In this document: positions 37,517 to 47,852 of the stretch, in pieces
How positions within the stretch are numbered: the stretch's first letter is position 1
Layout: each line of letters begins with the position of its first letter
NCBI GenBank assembly: GCA_008501765.1
Contig: QQUE01000007.1
Location: 606,186 to 670,185, forward strand
Length of the DNA stretch: 64,000 bases
Direction: 5' to 3'
DNA from: Calditrichota bacterium
Lineage (GTDB): Bacteria; Zhuqueibacterota; Zhuqueibacteria; Zhuqueibacterales; Geothermadaptataceae
Translations under genes and position numbers: made by a program
The notes under the pieces: generated by a model
The model's database searches: none
What the model was told of the DNA's origin: nothing
What the model saw: only the letters and a program-made list of their open reading frames with translations

Positions 37517-37960
37517 TTAATTTAAACCTCTTCCAGATTTTTTCAAAATTCCTTTTTCTTTTAAATCCACCAAAATCGCATCTGCAATTCCATTCACAAA
37601 ACGCCCGCTTTGCTCTGTGCTGAACTTTTTCGCGATTTCGATACCTTCATCAATCGAGACTTTCGGTGGAATATCCGTAAAATTCAGAAATTCACAAATA
37701 ATCAACCGCAAAACTATTTTATCGAGCACGGCGATTCGATTAAAATCCCAGTTCGTAGCACGGGCCATGATGAGCTTATCGAATTCTTCTTTGTGGGATA
37801 CCGTCTTTTCAAATAGAGCTACGGCAAAATCGGTAACCACCGCCGGTTCATCCAGATTTAAAATTGAAGTATCGATGACATTCCTTGGTGTGTTACCCGA
37901 AAACTCGAACGCGTAACACGCCTGTACGGCAATTTCTCTTGCTCTTCTTCTTGTACTCAT
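37517..37960 (-). CDS. nusB: Transcription antitermination factor NusB
   Basis: 'RRRAREIAVQACYAFEF' N-terminus, 'DRIAVLDKIVLRLIICEF' and 'INEAIEIAKKF'-like helices. Confidence 0.9.
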   Translation of the reverse strand: MSTRRRAREIAVQACYAFEFSGNTPRNVIDTSILNLDEPAVVTDFAVALFEKTVSHKEEFDKLIMARATNWDFNRIAVLDKIVLRLIICEFLNFTDIPPKVSIDEGIEIAKKFSTEQSGRFVNGIADAILVDLKEKGILKKSGRGLN

Positions 37961-38880
37961 TAAAAGACACGCGTCAACCAGTTATATTTATCTTCCGCCT
38001 TGCCGGTGATTATATCAAAATAGCGCTTTTGTACGTATTTCGTTATCGCACCGGGTTTGCCATTGCCGACTTCAATTTTGTCGATGGTGCGAATCGGTGT
38101 AATCTCAGCAGCGGTGCCGGTAAAGAATATTTCATCAGCGAGATACAACATTTCCCGCGGGATGAAGGTTTCCTGCAACTCAACCCCTTTTTCCTGCAAA
38201 AATTTGAATGCGCAGTCCCGCGTTATCCCTTTAAGAATTGAGGAAGCGACCGGCGAAGTATAACATTTGCCGTCGACCATTATAAATATATTTTCACCGG
38301 AACCTTCACTCACGTAGCCGTTTTGATCTAACAGAATGCCTTCAACATAGCCATCTGCTGCAGCTTCCATTTTTACGAGCTGTGAGTTCAAATAATGCCC
38401 GCCCGCTTTTGAAAGCGAGGGCAGTGCAGCCGGTTTCTGCCAGGACGATACCCGCACATCGACGCCGTTATCAAGCGCTTCAGTGCCGAGATATTTGCCC
38501 CATTTCCAGGCGCCGATGACAACCTCAACCGGATTTGGACGGGGATCGACGCCAAGCGTGCCGTAGCCACGGAAAGCAAATGGCCGCAGATAGGCGTCCT
38601 TGAACTTATTTTTTCGCAATACCTCAACACAGACTTCACAAAGTTCGTCCGCTGAATATGGTATTTCCATGCGATAGATTTTAGCAGACCTGTACAACCG
38701 GTCGATATGCTCTTTCAACCGGAGAATACTGGCGCCACCCTTCACATCCGGATAGCAACGCAAGCCTTCAAATACACTTGAGCCGTAATGAATCACATGC
38801 GACATGACATGAATTGTTGCATCTTCCCACTTTTTATACTCACCACTAAACCATAATGTACTGTTTCCGTCAAAAGCCAT
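37960..38880 (-). CDS. ilvE: Branched-chain amino acid aminotransferase
   Basis: Fold-type IV PLP enzyme motifs 'HYGSSVFEGLRCY', 'KAGGHYLNSQL' and 'GITRD'. ATG at 38880 has a GAGG RBS. The stop overlaps the nusB start. Confidence 0.9.
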   Translation of the reverse strand: MAFDGNSTLWFSGEYKKWEDATIHVMSHVIHYGSSVFEGLRCYPDVKGGASILRLKEHIDRLYRSAKIYRMEIPYSADELCEVCVEVLRKNKFKDAYLRPFAFRGYGTLGVDPRPNPVEVVIGAWKWGKYLGTEALDNGVDVRVSSWQKPAALPSLSKAGGHYLNSQLVKMEAAADGYVEGILLDQNGYVSEGSGENIFIMVDGKCYTSPVASSILKGITRDCAFKFLQEKGVELQETFIPREMLYLADEIFFTGTAAEITPIRTIDKIEVGNGKPGAITKYVQKRYFDIITGKAEDKYNWLTRVF

Positions 38881-38950
38881 TTTGGACCTCAAGCTTTAGT
38901 TGTTATTAGCCTTCAAATAATTAATTTAAATTAAGTTAATAAACGACAAT

Positions 38951-40093
38951 TTATCCTTTCAAGACACCGCGACTGATGACCACTTTTTGAATTTCACTGG
39001 TGCCCTCGTAAATCTCGGTAATTTTGGCATCACGCATAAAGCGTTCAACCGGATAATCTTTGATATAACCATAACCGCCGTGAATTTGCACCGCTTTATC
39101 AGCGCAGAACATGGCAGTTTCTGCCGCGTATAGTTTTGCCCGCGCAGAAGCCATGGAAAAATCGAGCCCACGGTCTTTACGACTGGCAGCATCATAAATC
39201 AAATAGCGTGACGCATGAATTCGCACATCCATCTCCGCAATCATAAACTGAATCGCTTGCTGGGCTGCGATCGGTTTGCCAAATTGAACACGCTCTTTGG
39301 AATAAGCGACGGCAGCGTCAAACGCACCGACGGCAATTCCCAAAGCCTGGGAAGCAATTCCGATGCGCCCTTTGTTCAAAATATTCATCGCCAGTGAGAA
39401 TCCCTTTTCCGGGCTGCCGAGTGTATTTTTCTGTGGAACACGGCAGTTTTCCAAAATAATTGAACACGTATCTGAACTGCGGATTCCCAGTTTTTTCTCT
39501 TTTCTGCCAACGATAAATCCCGGTGTATCGCTATCCACAATGATACACCGGACACCGGCATAGCCGCTTGCTTTGTCTTCCGTTGCAAAAACGATATGCA
39601 CCTTGGCCTGCGTGCCGTTGGTGATGAAATTTTTCGTCCCGTTGATTATCCAGTCCTCACCATCTCGCACAGAAGTCGTTAGCATTGCTGAGGCATCTGA
39701 GCCGGTCGCGGGCTCGGAAAGGCAGAAGGCGCCAAGTTTTTCACCGGCAGCCAGTGGCCGAAGGTATTTTTCCTTCTGCTCCTCAGTGCCATATTTTTCC
39801 AGGCCGTAGCAAACCAGCGAATTATTGACCGAAGCAATCACTCCGGCAGAGGCATCAACACGGCTGAGCTCTTCGATGAGAATCGAGTAGGCGATTGTAT
39901 CCATGCCACCACCACCCCACTGTGGAGAAACCTGCAAACCCATAAAGCCAAGTTCGCCCATTTTTTTAACATGTGCGGTCGGAAATTTTTCTTCAGCATC
40001 ACGCTCCCGGGCATCTTTTGCCAGCTCGTTTTCTGCAAAATCGCGAACTGTCTGGCGCACCATTTCCTGTTCTTCAGTATAAGTAAAATCCAT
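38951..40093 (-). CDS. Acyl-CoA dehydrogenase (short-chain/butyryl-CoA dehydrogenase-like)
   Basis: 380 aa. '[11 protein letters not shown]', '[18 protein letters not shown]' with the SCAD/MCAD-type catalytic Glu. Confidence 0.9.
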   Translation of the reverse strand: MDFTYTEEQEMVRQTVRDFAENELAKDARERDAEEKFPTAHVKKMGELGFMGLQVSPQWGGGGMDTIAYSILIEELSRVDASAGVIASVNNSLVCYGLEKYGTEEQKEKYLRPLAAGEKLGAFCLSEPATGSDASAMLTTSVRDGEDWIINGTKNFITNGTQAKVHIVFATEDKASGYAGVRCIIVDSDTPGFIVGRKEKKLGIRSSDTCSIILENCRVPQKNTLGSPEKGFSLAMNILNKGRIGIASQALGIAVGAFDAAVAYSKERVQFGKPIAAQQAIQFMIAEMDVRIHASRYLIYDAASRKDRGLDFSMASARAKLYAAETAMFCADKAVQIHGGYGYIKDYPVERFMRDAKITEIYEGTSEIQKVVISRGVLKG

Positions 40094-40162
40094 TCTTTCC
40101 TCTATCTAAACTTTCAAAATATTAAAAATAAGGCAGATTAATCAATTCTATTTTAAATGTCT

Positions 40163-40270
40163 TGTCATTCCGGTATGCTTTTTTGCCGGTATCTCCCAGA
40201 TTCGTTGCTAAACCAGAAAACATAGATCCCGGTATTTTACTCCGTTTCACTTCATAATAACCGGGATGAC
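40163..40270. repeat. About 108-bp element with GTCATTCCGGT / ACCGGGATGAC termini inside the operon
   Basis: The termini are inverted repeats (10/12). 'ccggtat' is repeated three times inside. A second element with the same termini lies at 54663-54755. Confidence 0.35.
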
Positions 40271-40285
40271 TCAAAAATAAATCAA

Positions 40286-41137
40286 TCACGAATAGTCATA
40301 AAAACCACGACCTGATTTTCGTCCCATGTGTCCGGCAGCTACCATCTTGCGCAATAGTGGACAGGGTCGATATTTGTCATCACCAAGCTGGGTGTGCAGC
40401 ACTTCCATGATGTGCAAACAGACGTCAAGACCGATAAAATCTGCCAAAACCAGCGGTCCCATCGGGTGCGCCATACCCAGTTTCATCACAGTGTCGATAG
40501 CTTCCGGCTCTGCCACGCCTTCCATCACGCAGAAAATCGCTTCGTTGATCATCGGCATGAGCACACGATTTGACACAAATCCAGGAAAATCATTGACTGC
40601 CACAGGCTCTTTGCCAAGCTTGCGACTCAATTCCATGATCGACTCAAATAAAACATCATCCGTCGCCAATCCTCGGATGACTTCGACTAATTTCATCATT
40701 GGAACCGGGTTAAAGAAATGCATGCCGATGACTTTTTCCGGCCGGCTCGTGGCCGCTGCAATTTCTGTAATAGAAATTGATGACGTATTGGTTGCAAGAA
40801 TCGTTTCAGCAGAACAGAGATTGTCCAACTGCTTAAAAAGGTCTTTTTTAACGCTGCTGTTTTCAGAAGCCGCTTCCACCACCAATTGTGCATTTGCTGC
40901 CGATTTTAATTCTGAACTCGTCTGAATCCGTGCCAGTGCATTTTTCAAATCATCTGCCGAGATGAATTCTTTTTTAACCTGCCGTTGCAAGTTTTTTTCG
41001 ATGGTTGCCATCGCTTTTTCCAGAGCGCTGGCCGAGATATCAATCAGATTTACATTGTAACCGTTTGCTGCAAAAACATGGGCAATGCCGTTGCCCATCG
41101 TACCGCTGCCGATGACGGCAACTTGTTTAATTTCCAT
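40286..41137 (-). CDS. hbd: 3-hydroxybutyryl-CoA dehydrogenase
   Basis: Rossmann '[14 protein letters not shown]', '[14 protein letters not shown]', 'PGFVSNR'. ATG at 41137 has an AGGAGA RBS. Confidence 0.9.
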   Translation of the reverse strand: MEIKQVAVIGSGTMGNGIAHVFAANGYNVNLIDISASALEKAMATIEKNLQRQVKKEFISADDLKNALARIQTSSELKSAANAQLVVEAASENSSVKKDLFKQLDNLCSAETILATNTSSISITEIAAATSRPEKVIGMHFFNPVPMMKLVEVIRGLATDDVLFESIMELSRKLGKEPVAVNDFPGFVSNRVLMPMINEAIFCVMEGVAEPEAIDTVMKLGMAHPMGPLVLADFIGLDVCLHIMEVLHTQLGDDKYRPCPLLRKMVAAGHMGRKSGRGFYDYS

Positions 41138-41232
41138 GAATTCTCCTGACATTGAAACCAACCATATTATTTTTCATCATGCCGGACATGAGAAATTTAT
41201 ATTAATGTTAGAATAAAAATACCGTCCATAAA

Positions 41233-42420
41233 TTAAATGCGTTCCACTATCATCGCTGCTGCTTCACCGCCGCCAATGCACAACGTAGCCAAACCGAAAC
41301 GTTTTTGTTTCTGTTCCAACGCATAAAGTAGTGTGGTCAAAATACGGGCACCACTTGCGCCGATGGGATGGCCGATAGCCACAGCGCCACCGTGTACATT
41401 GACTTTTTCTGCAGGAATAGAGAGCTGATCGATTGCGACCATGGTCACGACGGAAAATGCTTCATTGATCTCGAAAAGATCGATATCGCCAATGGTCATT
41501 CCGGCGCGATCGAGTGCTTTTTTCATCGCATCAACAGGAGCGATAGTAAACCATTCCGGTTCGCGGGCTGCGGAAGCATGGGCGATGATTCGCGCCTGTG
41601 CTTTGATGCCTTCACGCTTAGCAACATCTTCACCCAAAACAACCATAGCTGCGGCACCATCATTTATTTTTGATGCGTTTGCTGCTGTCACTGTACCCTC
41701 TTTATCAAATGCCGGCCGTAAAGATGGCATCTTTGCAAAATTGGCTTTTCCCGGTTCATCGTCCAGCGTCACCATCACTGGATCGCCCTTTCGCTGGGGA
41801 ATGGCGACCGGAGTAATCTCGGCATTAAAGTAGCCATTCGCAACCGCAGTTTGTGCTTTTTTGTAGCTGTCAATGGCAAATTTATCTTGTGCTTCGCGCG
41901 TATAATTGTACTCCTTAGCACATAATTCGGCCGCATTTCCCATGTGAAAATTATTGTAAACGTCCCACAATCCATCGTTAATCATGCCGTCGATTACAGT
42001 GCCGTGTCCCAGGCGGTAGCCATTGCGCGCTTTGTCGAGCAAATACGGCGTCTGGCTCATATTTTCCATGCCACCCGCCACGACGATGTCAGCATCATTT
42101 GTGGCGATGGATTGGGATGCCAGCATGACGGATTTCAAACCACTGCCGCAAACTTTGTTGATCGTCATGCAGGTTGTCGAAGTCGGAAGTCCGGCGCCCA
42201 ATGCTGCCTGCCGAGCCGGCGCCTGTCCCATGCCGGCCGGTAAAACACAGCCCATTATTACTTCATCAATCTGCTCGTTTGCAAGTTTCGCCCGGTGGAC
42301 AGCTTCTTTCACTACGGTAGCCCCGAGATCGGTGGCTTTGACACCTGCCAGCGAGCCATTAAATGCACCAACGGCTGTTCTATTTGCTCCAGCAATAACG
42401 GCTTTTCGAGAATTACTCAT
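41233..42420 (-). CDS. Acetyl-CoA C-acetyltransferase (thiolase II)
   Basis: Active-site 'INKVCGSGLKSV', 'NVHGGAVAIGHPIGASGARIL', 'ATLCIGGGEAAAM'. Confidence 0.93.
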   Translation of the reverse strand: MSNSRKAVIAGANRTAVGAFNGSLAGVKATDLGATVVKEAVHRAKLANEQIDEVIMGCVLPAGMGQAPARQAALGAGLPTSTTCMTINKVCGSGLKSVMLASQSIATNDADIVVAGGMENMSQTPYLLDKARNGYRLGHGTVIDGMINDGLWDVYNNFHMGNAAELCAKEYNYTREAQDKFAIDSYKKAQTAVANGYFNAEITPVAIPQRKGDPVMVTLDDEPGKANFAKMPSLRPAFDKEGTVTAANASKINDGAAAMVVLGEDVAKREGIKAQARIIAHASAAREPEWFTIAPVDAMKKALDRAGMTIGDIDLFEINEAFSVVTMVAIDQLSIPAEKVNVHGGAVAIGHPIGASGARILTTLLYALEQKQKRFGLATLCIGGGEAAAMIVERI

Positions 42421-42512
42421 TATTGACTCCGTACTTTTTAAAAATCATTTTAAAATAGAAAATATTTAATTCCAAAACTAACATGCACAAGTTTTTTACC
42501 AACTAAAAACGA

Positions 42513-43355
42513 TTAGCTCAAATCAACTTTTTCCAGCACCCAATCTCTACCATTATTTGTCACAAATCCCGCAGTCGGTTCGGCAGCATGTTCAAATACC
42601 AAAAGCCATTTTTCGGCAGCTGCCTGCTGCAAAAAGCCTGGTTTTAATGCCATCACTTCCAATGGAAAGAGATCGTATCCCATAATGTAGGGTGTTTTCA
42701 GGTGAGAAGGTGTCGGGATGAAATCACCAAGAAAAACTGCGGTTTCGCCACCAGATTTTATTTTTACAATTGTGTTGTTTTGCGTATGTCCGCCCACGAT
42801 TGTAGACTCAATTCCGGGAAGCACTTCGCAGGTTCCGGAAACCAGGGTCAGTTGATCGTTTTCCAACAGGGGTTGCCAATTTTCAACGAGATAGCTCGCT
42901 TTGCTACGGGAGTCTGGATTATTCGCAGCTTCAAACTCCCCTTTTTGGGCAAAATATGTCGCATTTGGAAATGTCGCTACTAGCTTGCCGTCACCATCGC
43001 GCATCGTATTCCAACCGATATGATCAAAATGCATGTGGCTCATAATGACAGCTGAAATATCTTCACGGGAAATGCCTTTGTCAGTAAGCCGATCGAGCAA
43101 AGTTTTTTCACGATTTACCCCATAAATGCGAGCAAATTTTTCATCAAATTTATTTCCAATTCCGGTGTCGATGAGAATTTTTTCGCCGTCTCTCTCGAGA
43201 AGCAAACAATTTAAACCCAGCAGGATGCGATTTTTGTCATCCGCCGGCTCAAGTTTGTTCCACAAAAATTTGGGCACCACACCAAACATGGCACCGCCAT
43301 CGAGCTTAAATTTTCCGTCTGAAATGAGGGAAAGTTCGAAAGAACCAAGTTTCAT
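42513..43355 (-). CDS. MBL-fold metallo-hydrolase
   Basis: 'HMHFDHIGW' (HxHxDH) and a downstream His. 280 aa. Confidence 0.8.
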   Translation of the reverse strand: MKLGSFELSLISDGKFKLDGGAMFGVVPKFLWNKLEPADDKNRILLGLNCLLLERDGEKILIDTGIGNKFDEKFARIYGVNREKTLLDRLTDKGISREDISAVIMSHMHFDHIGWNTMRDGDGKLVATFPNATYFAQKGEFEAANNPDSRSKASYLVENWQPLLENDQLTLVSGTCEVLPGIESTIVGGHTQNNTIVKIKSGGETAVFLGDFIPTPSHLKTPYIMGYDLFPLEVMALKPGFLQQAAAEKWLLVFEHAAEPTAGFVTNNGRDWVLEKVDLS

Positions 43356-43410
43356 TGTATTCCTTTTGTCGCAAATATTCTCTTCAATACGTCAGGTGCA
43401 CTATCACCGG

Positions 43411-43514
43411 GCTTGTCGAAATGCTCGAATGCGAACTTACCGCCAATCGATTCCGGCTTCGACAAGCTCAGTTACCGTGGTATTCCGGTAATTGAGCTTG
43501 CCGAAATGCTCAAC
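43411..43514. repeat. REP-like cluster of overlapping hairpins and direct repeats in an intra-operon spacer
   Basis: Hairpin 'gcttgtcgaa...ttcgacaagc' (43411-43467), hairpin 'agctcagttaccg...cggtaattgagct' (43465-43498), and direct repeat 'cttgYcgaaatgctcRa' at 43412 and 43497. Confidence 0.4.
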
Positions 43515-43573
43515 TTTCAGCCTATTTTTTGTAGCCATACTGGCGTCGACAGTATCAGCCTTCGAGGGAATTT

Positions 43574-44719
43574 TTATTTTACTTCTTTCAAAAGATGCTT
43601 TGAAATTATAATCCGCAGCACTTCGCTGGTGCCTTCGCCAATTTCTGTTAGTTTGGTATCGCGGTAAATTCGCTCTAACGGGTACTCCCGAATATAGCCA
43701 TAGCCACCAAGAATTTGAATAGCTTTTGAAGCCCCACGCATGGCGGCTTCACTGGCGAATAATTTTCCCATCGCTGCTTCTTTGGAGTACGGTTTTCCTG
43801 CGTCACGCAGGCGGGCAGCCTGGTGTACCAGCAACCGTCCGGCTTCAAGCTCGGTTGCCATGTCGGCCAAATACCATTTTATCGCCTGAAAATCAGCGAT
43901 CGTTTTTCCAAATGCAGTGCGATCTTTGGCATAAACTGCCGCGTTTTCCATCGCAGCACGCCCGAGCCCGATCGCCATGGAACCGATGCCGATTCGACCA
44001 CCGTCAAGGGTTTTCATCGCTTGTGGAAAGCCCTGATTTTCAGCTCCCAACAAGTTTTCTTTGGGGATGCGCAAATTATCTATTGAAATTTGCCGGGTAT
44101 CACTGGCCCGCAAGCCCATTTTGTCTTCTTTTTTCCCGGGATTTAATCCGGGTGTATCTTTTTCAACCACAAACATGCTGATTCCTTTTACGCCTAATTC
44201 GGTATCCGTTTTTGCTAAAACAACAAAAACATCAGCATAGCCGCCATTGGTCACCCACTGTTTTGAACCATTGAGAATATAATCATCGCCTTTTTTTTCA
44301 GCGCGCGTCAGCATAGAGCCAGAGTCGGTTCCGGAACCTGGTTCGGACAAACAAAAAGCGCCTATTTTCCTAGCGCTGAGCAAATCAGGTAAATACTTCT
44401 TTTTCTGTTCTTCAGTTCCAAAAAGATAAATTGGCGTTGAACAGAGGGAAACGTGGGCAGCAACAGTCAGCGCGGTTGAGCCACAACCGGCTGCGATCTC
44501 TTCCATCGCCAGGGCAAACGATAATACATCGAATCCGGAACCACCGTACTCTTCCGGGAACGGAATTCCGAGAAATCCTAACTCGCCCATATTTTGCATA
44601 ACAGCCATGGGAAATTCACAGGATTCATCAATTTCAGCAGCTTGCGGCATGATTTCATTTTCAGTAAATTCACGTACTGTGTCGCGCAACATCAGTTGCT
44701 CTTCGGTGAAGTCTGCCAT
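43574..44719 (-). CDS. Acyl-CoA dehydrogenase (substrate unassigned, possibly branched-chain)
   Basis: 381 aa. 'CLSEPGSGTDS', 'LTEIGEGTSEVLRIIISK'. Sits in an atu/liu-like gene context. Confidence 0.88.
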   Translation of the reverse strand: MADFTEEQLMLRDTVREFTENEIMPQAAEIDESCEFPMAVMQNMGELGFLGIPFPEEYGGSGFDVLSFALAMEEIAAGCGSTALTVAAHVSLCSTPIYLFGTEEQKKKYLPDLLSARKIGAFCLSEPGSGTDSGSMLTRAEKKGDDYILNGSKQWVTNGGYADVFVVLAKTDTELGVKGISMFVVEKDTPGLNPGKKEDKMGLRASDTRQISIDNLRIPKENLLGAENQGFPQAMKTLDGGRIGIGSMAIGLGRAAMENAAVYAKDRTAFGKTIADFQAIKWYLADMATELEAGRLLVHQAARLRDAGKPYSKEAAMGKLFASEAAMRGASKAIQILGGYGYIREYPLERIYRDTKLTEIGEGTSEVLRIIISKHLLKEVK

Positions 44720-45105
44720 CTAATTCTCCGTTTTTGCAATCCTTTAAAAATGAAACAGGCTCCAATTCAGTAATTAATTCGATAGAAAGGAGCCGTACTT
44801 AAGAAATTTTAACATCATAAATCATTTTACTAAACTCAAAAAATCGTTTTGATCGAACCAACCAGCAGGATCAAATATAGCATTCTAAGTTAATAAAATC
44901 ATGTCAAACAACAAGATTAAAAATTATAATAAAACTACATTTAATTGAAATTTTATTCAGATAATCAAGGATGATATCTTTCGTAAACGTGCCGTGTTGC
45001 ATGCCTAAAAAATGAAAATCAACAACTGAATTCCAAAAATTATTTATATAAAATAATCTAATTACAAAAGCCATTTATGGTGGACGACAGCGTCCCTAAA
45101 ATGTT

Positions 45106-45879
45106 TTAATTCCCATTAAAACGCGGCATCCTTTTTTCGAAAAATGCATTTAAGGCTTCAACCCGGTCCGCTGTATCAACTGTCGTCTTATAAAATTCAT
45201 GCTCCAATGCCAGCCCATCCTTGAGCGGTTTTTCGATACCCTGGAAAATTGCCTGTTTCGCGGCGCGCAATGCTACTGGTGCGTTAGCTGCTATTTCAAA
45301 CGCCAAATTCATTGCTGCATCCAACAATTTTTCTGTTGAATCCACTTTCTGAACCACCCCAAAACTCAATGCTTCCTGCGCGGAAAATATTTTTGCAGAG
45401 GCAATCCAATATAACGCTTGTGCTGGTCCAATTAGCCGGGCAAGCCGCTGGGTTCCACCCGCGCCTGGAATTATTCCCAATGCCGTTTCCCGCAAGCCCA
45501 TTTTGGCGTCGTCGGCTGCAAGTCTGATATCCGCTGCCAAGGCCAATTCCAGGCCGCCACCAATTGCAGCGCCGTTAATCGCCGCGATCACCGGCACAGG
45601 AATCGATGCAATCGCTGTCATTGCCTGCTGGATTTTAAGCACAGTAACGGCCACATTTTCCACAGCACTATTTTTTCGCTCTTTTAAATCCGCACCAGCG
45701 CAAAAATGCTGACATTGGGATCGAATCACAACGCATCGCACTTTGCTGGCCATCGATTTCTCGGACAGATCGCGGGCTGCCTGGGCTAAATCTGCGACCA
45801 TCTGCATATTCAAAGCATTTACAGGTGGCCGGTTCAGACTTAAAACCGCGACATTTTTATCAATTTCAATACGCAGCAT
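45106..45879 (-). CDS. Enoyl-CoA hydratase/isomerase (crotonase family)
   Basis: 'FCAGADLKER', 'PVIAAINGAAIGGGLELALAAD', 'ETALGIIPGAGGTQRL'. Confidence 0.88.
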   Translation of the reverse strand: MLRIEIDKNVAVLSLNRPPVNALNMQMVADLAQAARDLSEKSMASKVRCVVIRSQCQHFCAGADLKERKNSAVENVAVTVLKIQQAMTAIASIPVPVIAAINGAAIGGGLELALAADIRLAADDAKMGLRETALGIIPGAGGTQRLARLIGPAQALYWIASAKIFSAQEALSFGVVQKVDSTEKLLDAAMNLAFEIAANAPVALRAAKQAIFQGIEKPLKDGLALEHEFYKTTVDTADRVEALNAFFEKRMPRFNGN

Positions 45880-45929
45880 TTTATGAAAGATAAACCACTT
45901 TCAAAATAAATTTGGTAGAAACAAATTAT

Positions 45930-46265
45930 TCATGATTTCAATCCCTCCAACGAATCAATTTCAACTTCCATGTACAGCAATCCAAGGCCATGGGTTTTTC
46001 CCTGTGCGTCTGTTTTCAGGCTTTCAGAGCCACCGCCGCCCAGTGAGTCATGCAGAATAAAATTTAGTGCGCGAATATTCGGCATTTCGTAGCGTTCGAC
46101 CTTACCAAAACAGATTTCCTTGAAATGTGCTTTTAGACGCCCGGGGGTGAGAAGTTCTTTTAAAAAAGTATACCCCGCATCCGTGTATGCAGCGATTCCA
46201 ACATTGCTGCCGTCGCCTTTATCGCCGGAACGGGCGTAAGCTATTTCACTCAATTTAATTTTCAT
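45930..46265 (-). CDS. AtuA C-terminal-like (DUF4387) protein
   Basis: 111 aa. 'LSEIAYARSGDKGDGSNVGI' and 'LGGGGSESLKTDAQGK' match the small domain normally fused to, or directly following, DUF1446/AtuA. Confidence 0.6.
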   Translation of the reverse strand: MKIKLSEIAYARSGDKGDGSNVGIAAYTDAGYTFLKELLTPGRLKAHFKEICFGKVERYEMPNIRALNFILHDSLGGGGSESLKTDAQGKTHGLGLLYMEVEIDSLEGLKS

Positions 46266-46278
46266 AATTTGATATCTC

Positions 46279-47784
46279 TTAATGTTTTAGCTGGCGAATT
46301 GAATCCAAACCCAGGGGTTGTGGCAAAACCCACTGAATCGGTTGAATTGTGCCGTCCTTGCGAACCGTTCTTTCTACATAATAAAATTTCAAAACGCTAT
46401 GCTCAATAAATACATCATCTTCGATTGTGCATCCAAACACGCGGGACGTCCCTTTTATGAGTACATTATTGCCGATTCGCGCAGGATAATCATCGGAGCC
46501 GGTGATATTTACTCCGGACTCGATACGGCAATTGTTGCCGATTATCAGGTTGCCTTTGATAATATCGCCTTTGAAAATCTCGGTATTTGAGCCTATCCGC
46601 ATAACCTGATGATCATAAGTGCTTAAATTTACGCCCTGGTCAATGACGATATATTCCCCTAAAACAATATTGCCTACGAGCTCAGCTCCACTGTTTATCA
46701 CCACCCCTTTATTCAGTTTTACATTGGGCCCGATATAGACTCCCTTGCCAATCTCGATATCGAGTGGTCCGGAGGTTTTGTCCATTTCCAGGATTTGTTC
46801 AACAACTTCGTCGGCGATAAAAAAATCATCCCGGTCGGCAATGGTGATGGTATCCTTCAGTTTATCATAAACCGAATCGCGGGCGATGTTTTCCATCTGT
46901 TTGAGTACGCTTTTAACATTGAATCCGAGCACCGCATTTTCGTCTTTGGTGGCGGCAGCGCCGACTGTTAAACCATCCTGATTAAAAATGTGAATTAAAT
47001 CTGTGATGTACAATTCACCCTGAACATTGTCCTCTTTAAGATGATTTATTTTTTCTGTCAATGCAGTGGCCTTAAATGCAAACAAGCCGGTGTTAAATTC
47101 ATTTATCGCAATGAGTTGCTGTTTGGAAAATGAATATTTTCGATCGTGGTAGGTGATGGTGTAAGGTTTATCATCCGGCAGGGCCAGAATATCTTTATGT
47201 TCTTTAATTTCGATTACCATTCCCGATTCGGGCGAATCCTTTCCCTGATCATCTTTTTCCGGCACACGGACGATGCGCCCGTAATAATTATCTTCCGGTT
47301 TTCCCCGAAACAAGCTGGTCAAAACCATCATATCGCAGACCGTATTTTCAAAATCCTGCCGGAATGTGCTTACGACGTCTTTACTCAGCAGACCAACATC
47401 ACCGGGAAACACATAAATATTGCCGTCGTGCACGTGACCATCCAGCTTTTGCAGACCAATTTTTACGGCATGCCCCGTCCCGCATTGTTCAGCCTGATAA
47501 GCAAAACTGCGGTTGTTTCGTGCACCGCAGGCATTGGCGACATCGACAGCTTTGATACCGACAATAATAATCTGATTATCACAATCAAGGCCGAACTGGG
47601 CTGCACGGGCCACACGCATGACTGTTGGAACGCCCCAAACTTCATGCAGCATTTTCGAGGTCTCTGATTTGATGCGCTTTCCATGTCCCGCGGACAAAAC
47701 CATCGCGATATTTTTTTCATTGAAATTAAGCGGACGCGACAACCTGTTTAAGTGCGCCTCTATTTCTTTAATATTGTTTTCCAT
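46279..47784 (-). CDS. GlmU-like bifunctional-architecture protein (nucleotidyltransferase plus left-handed beta-helix)
   Basis: N-terminal 'LSAGHGKRIKSETSKMLHEV' and 'YQAEQCGTGHAV' resemble GlmU 'LAAGKGTRM' and 'QAEQLGTGHA'. The C-terminal half has hexapeptide repeats ('IGKGVYIGPNVKLNKGVVINSGAELVGNIVLG') but lacks a GlmU-like acetyltransferase tail. Confidence 0.65.
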   Translation of the reverse strand: MENNIKEIEAHLNRLSRPLNFNEKNIAMVLSAGHGKRIKSETSKMLHEVWGVPTVMRVARAAQFGLDCDNQIIIVGIKAVDVANACGARNNRSFAYQAEQCGTGHAVKIGLQKLDGHVHDGNIYVFPGDVGLLSKDVVSTFRQDFENTVCDMMVLTSLFRGKPEDNYYGRIVRVPEKDDQGKDSPESGMVIEIKEHKDILALPDDKPYTITYHDRKYSFSKQQLIAINEFNTGLFAFKATALTEKINHLKEDNVQGELYITDLIHIFNQDGLTVGAAATKDENAVLGFNVKSVLKQMENIARDSVYDKLKDTITIADRDDFFIADEVVEQILEMDKTSGPLDIEIGKGVYIGPNVKLNKGVVINSGAELVGNIVLGEYIVIDQGVNLSTYDHQVMRIGSNTEIFKGDIIKGNLIIGNNCRIESGVNITGSDDYPARIGNNVLIKGTSRVFGCTIEDDVFIEHSVLKFYYVERTVRKDGTIQPIQWVLPQPLGLDSIRQLKH

Positions 47785-47852
47785 ACACAAAACTCCGGAT
47801 TTTAAAATCACTAAGTGGCACTTCACTTAAACCACTCAGCAACTTATCAAAT

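Noticed and set aside
40326-40925. Long antisense ORFs inside well-supported genes. Examples: 40326-40925 in hbd; 50176-50923 in the carboxyltransferase; 51963-52568 in recJ; 15099-15620 in the FAD/Fe-S gene; 35195-35623 and 36962-37255 in secA; 47146-47667 in the GlmU-like gene; 53403-53961 in the zinc-ribbon gene.
   Set aside because: All lie opposite ORFs with strong family motifs. They have Ser/Arg/Pro-rich low-complexity translations and no RBS. This is the typical shadow-frame effect.
43413-43667. 84-aa plus-strand ORF in the MBL/ACAD spacer
   Set aside because: It translates the REP-like hairpin cluster ('DSGFDKLSYRGIPVIELAEML') and runs into the antisense of the ACAD gene end. It has no RBS.
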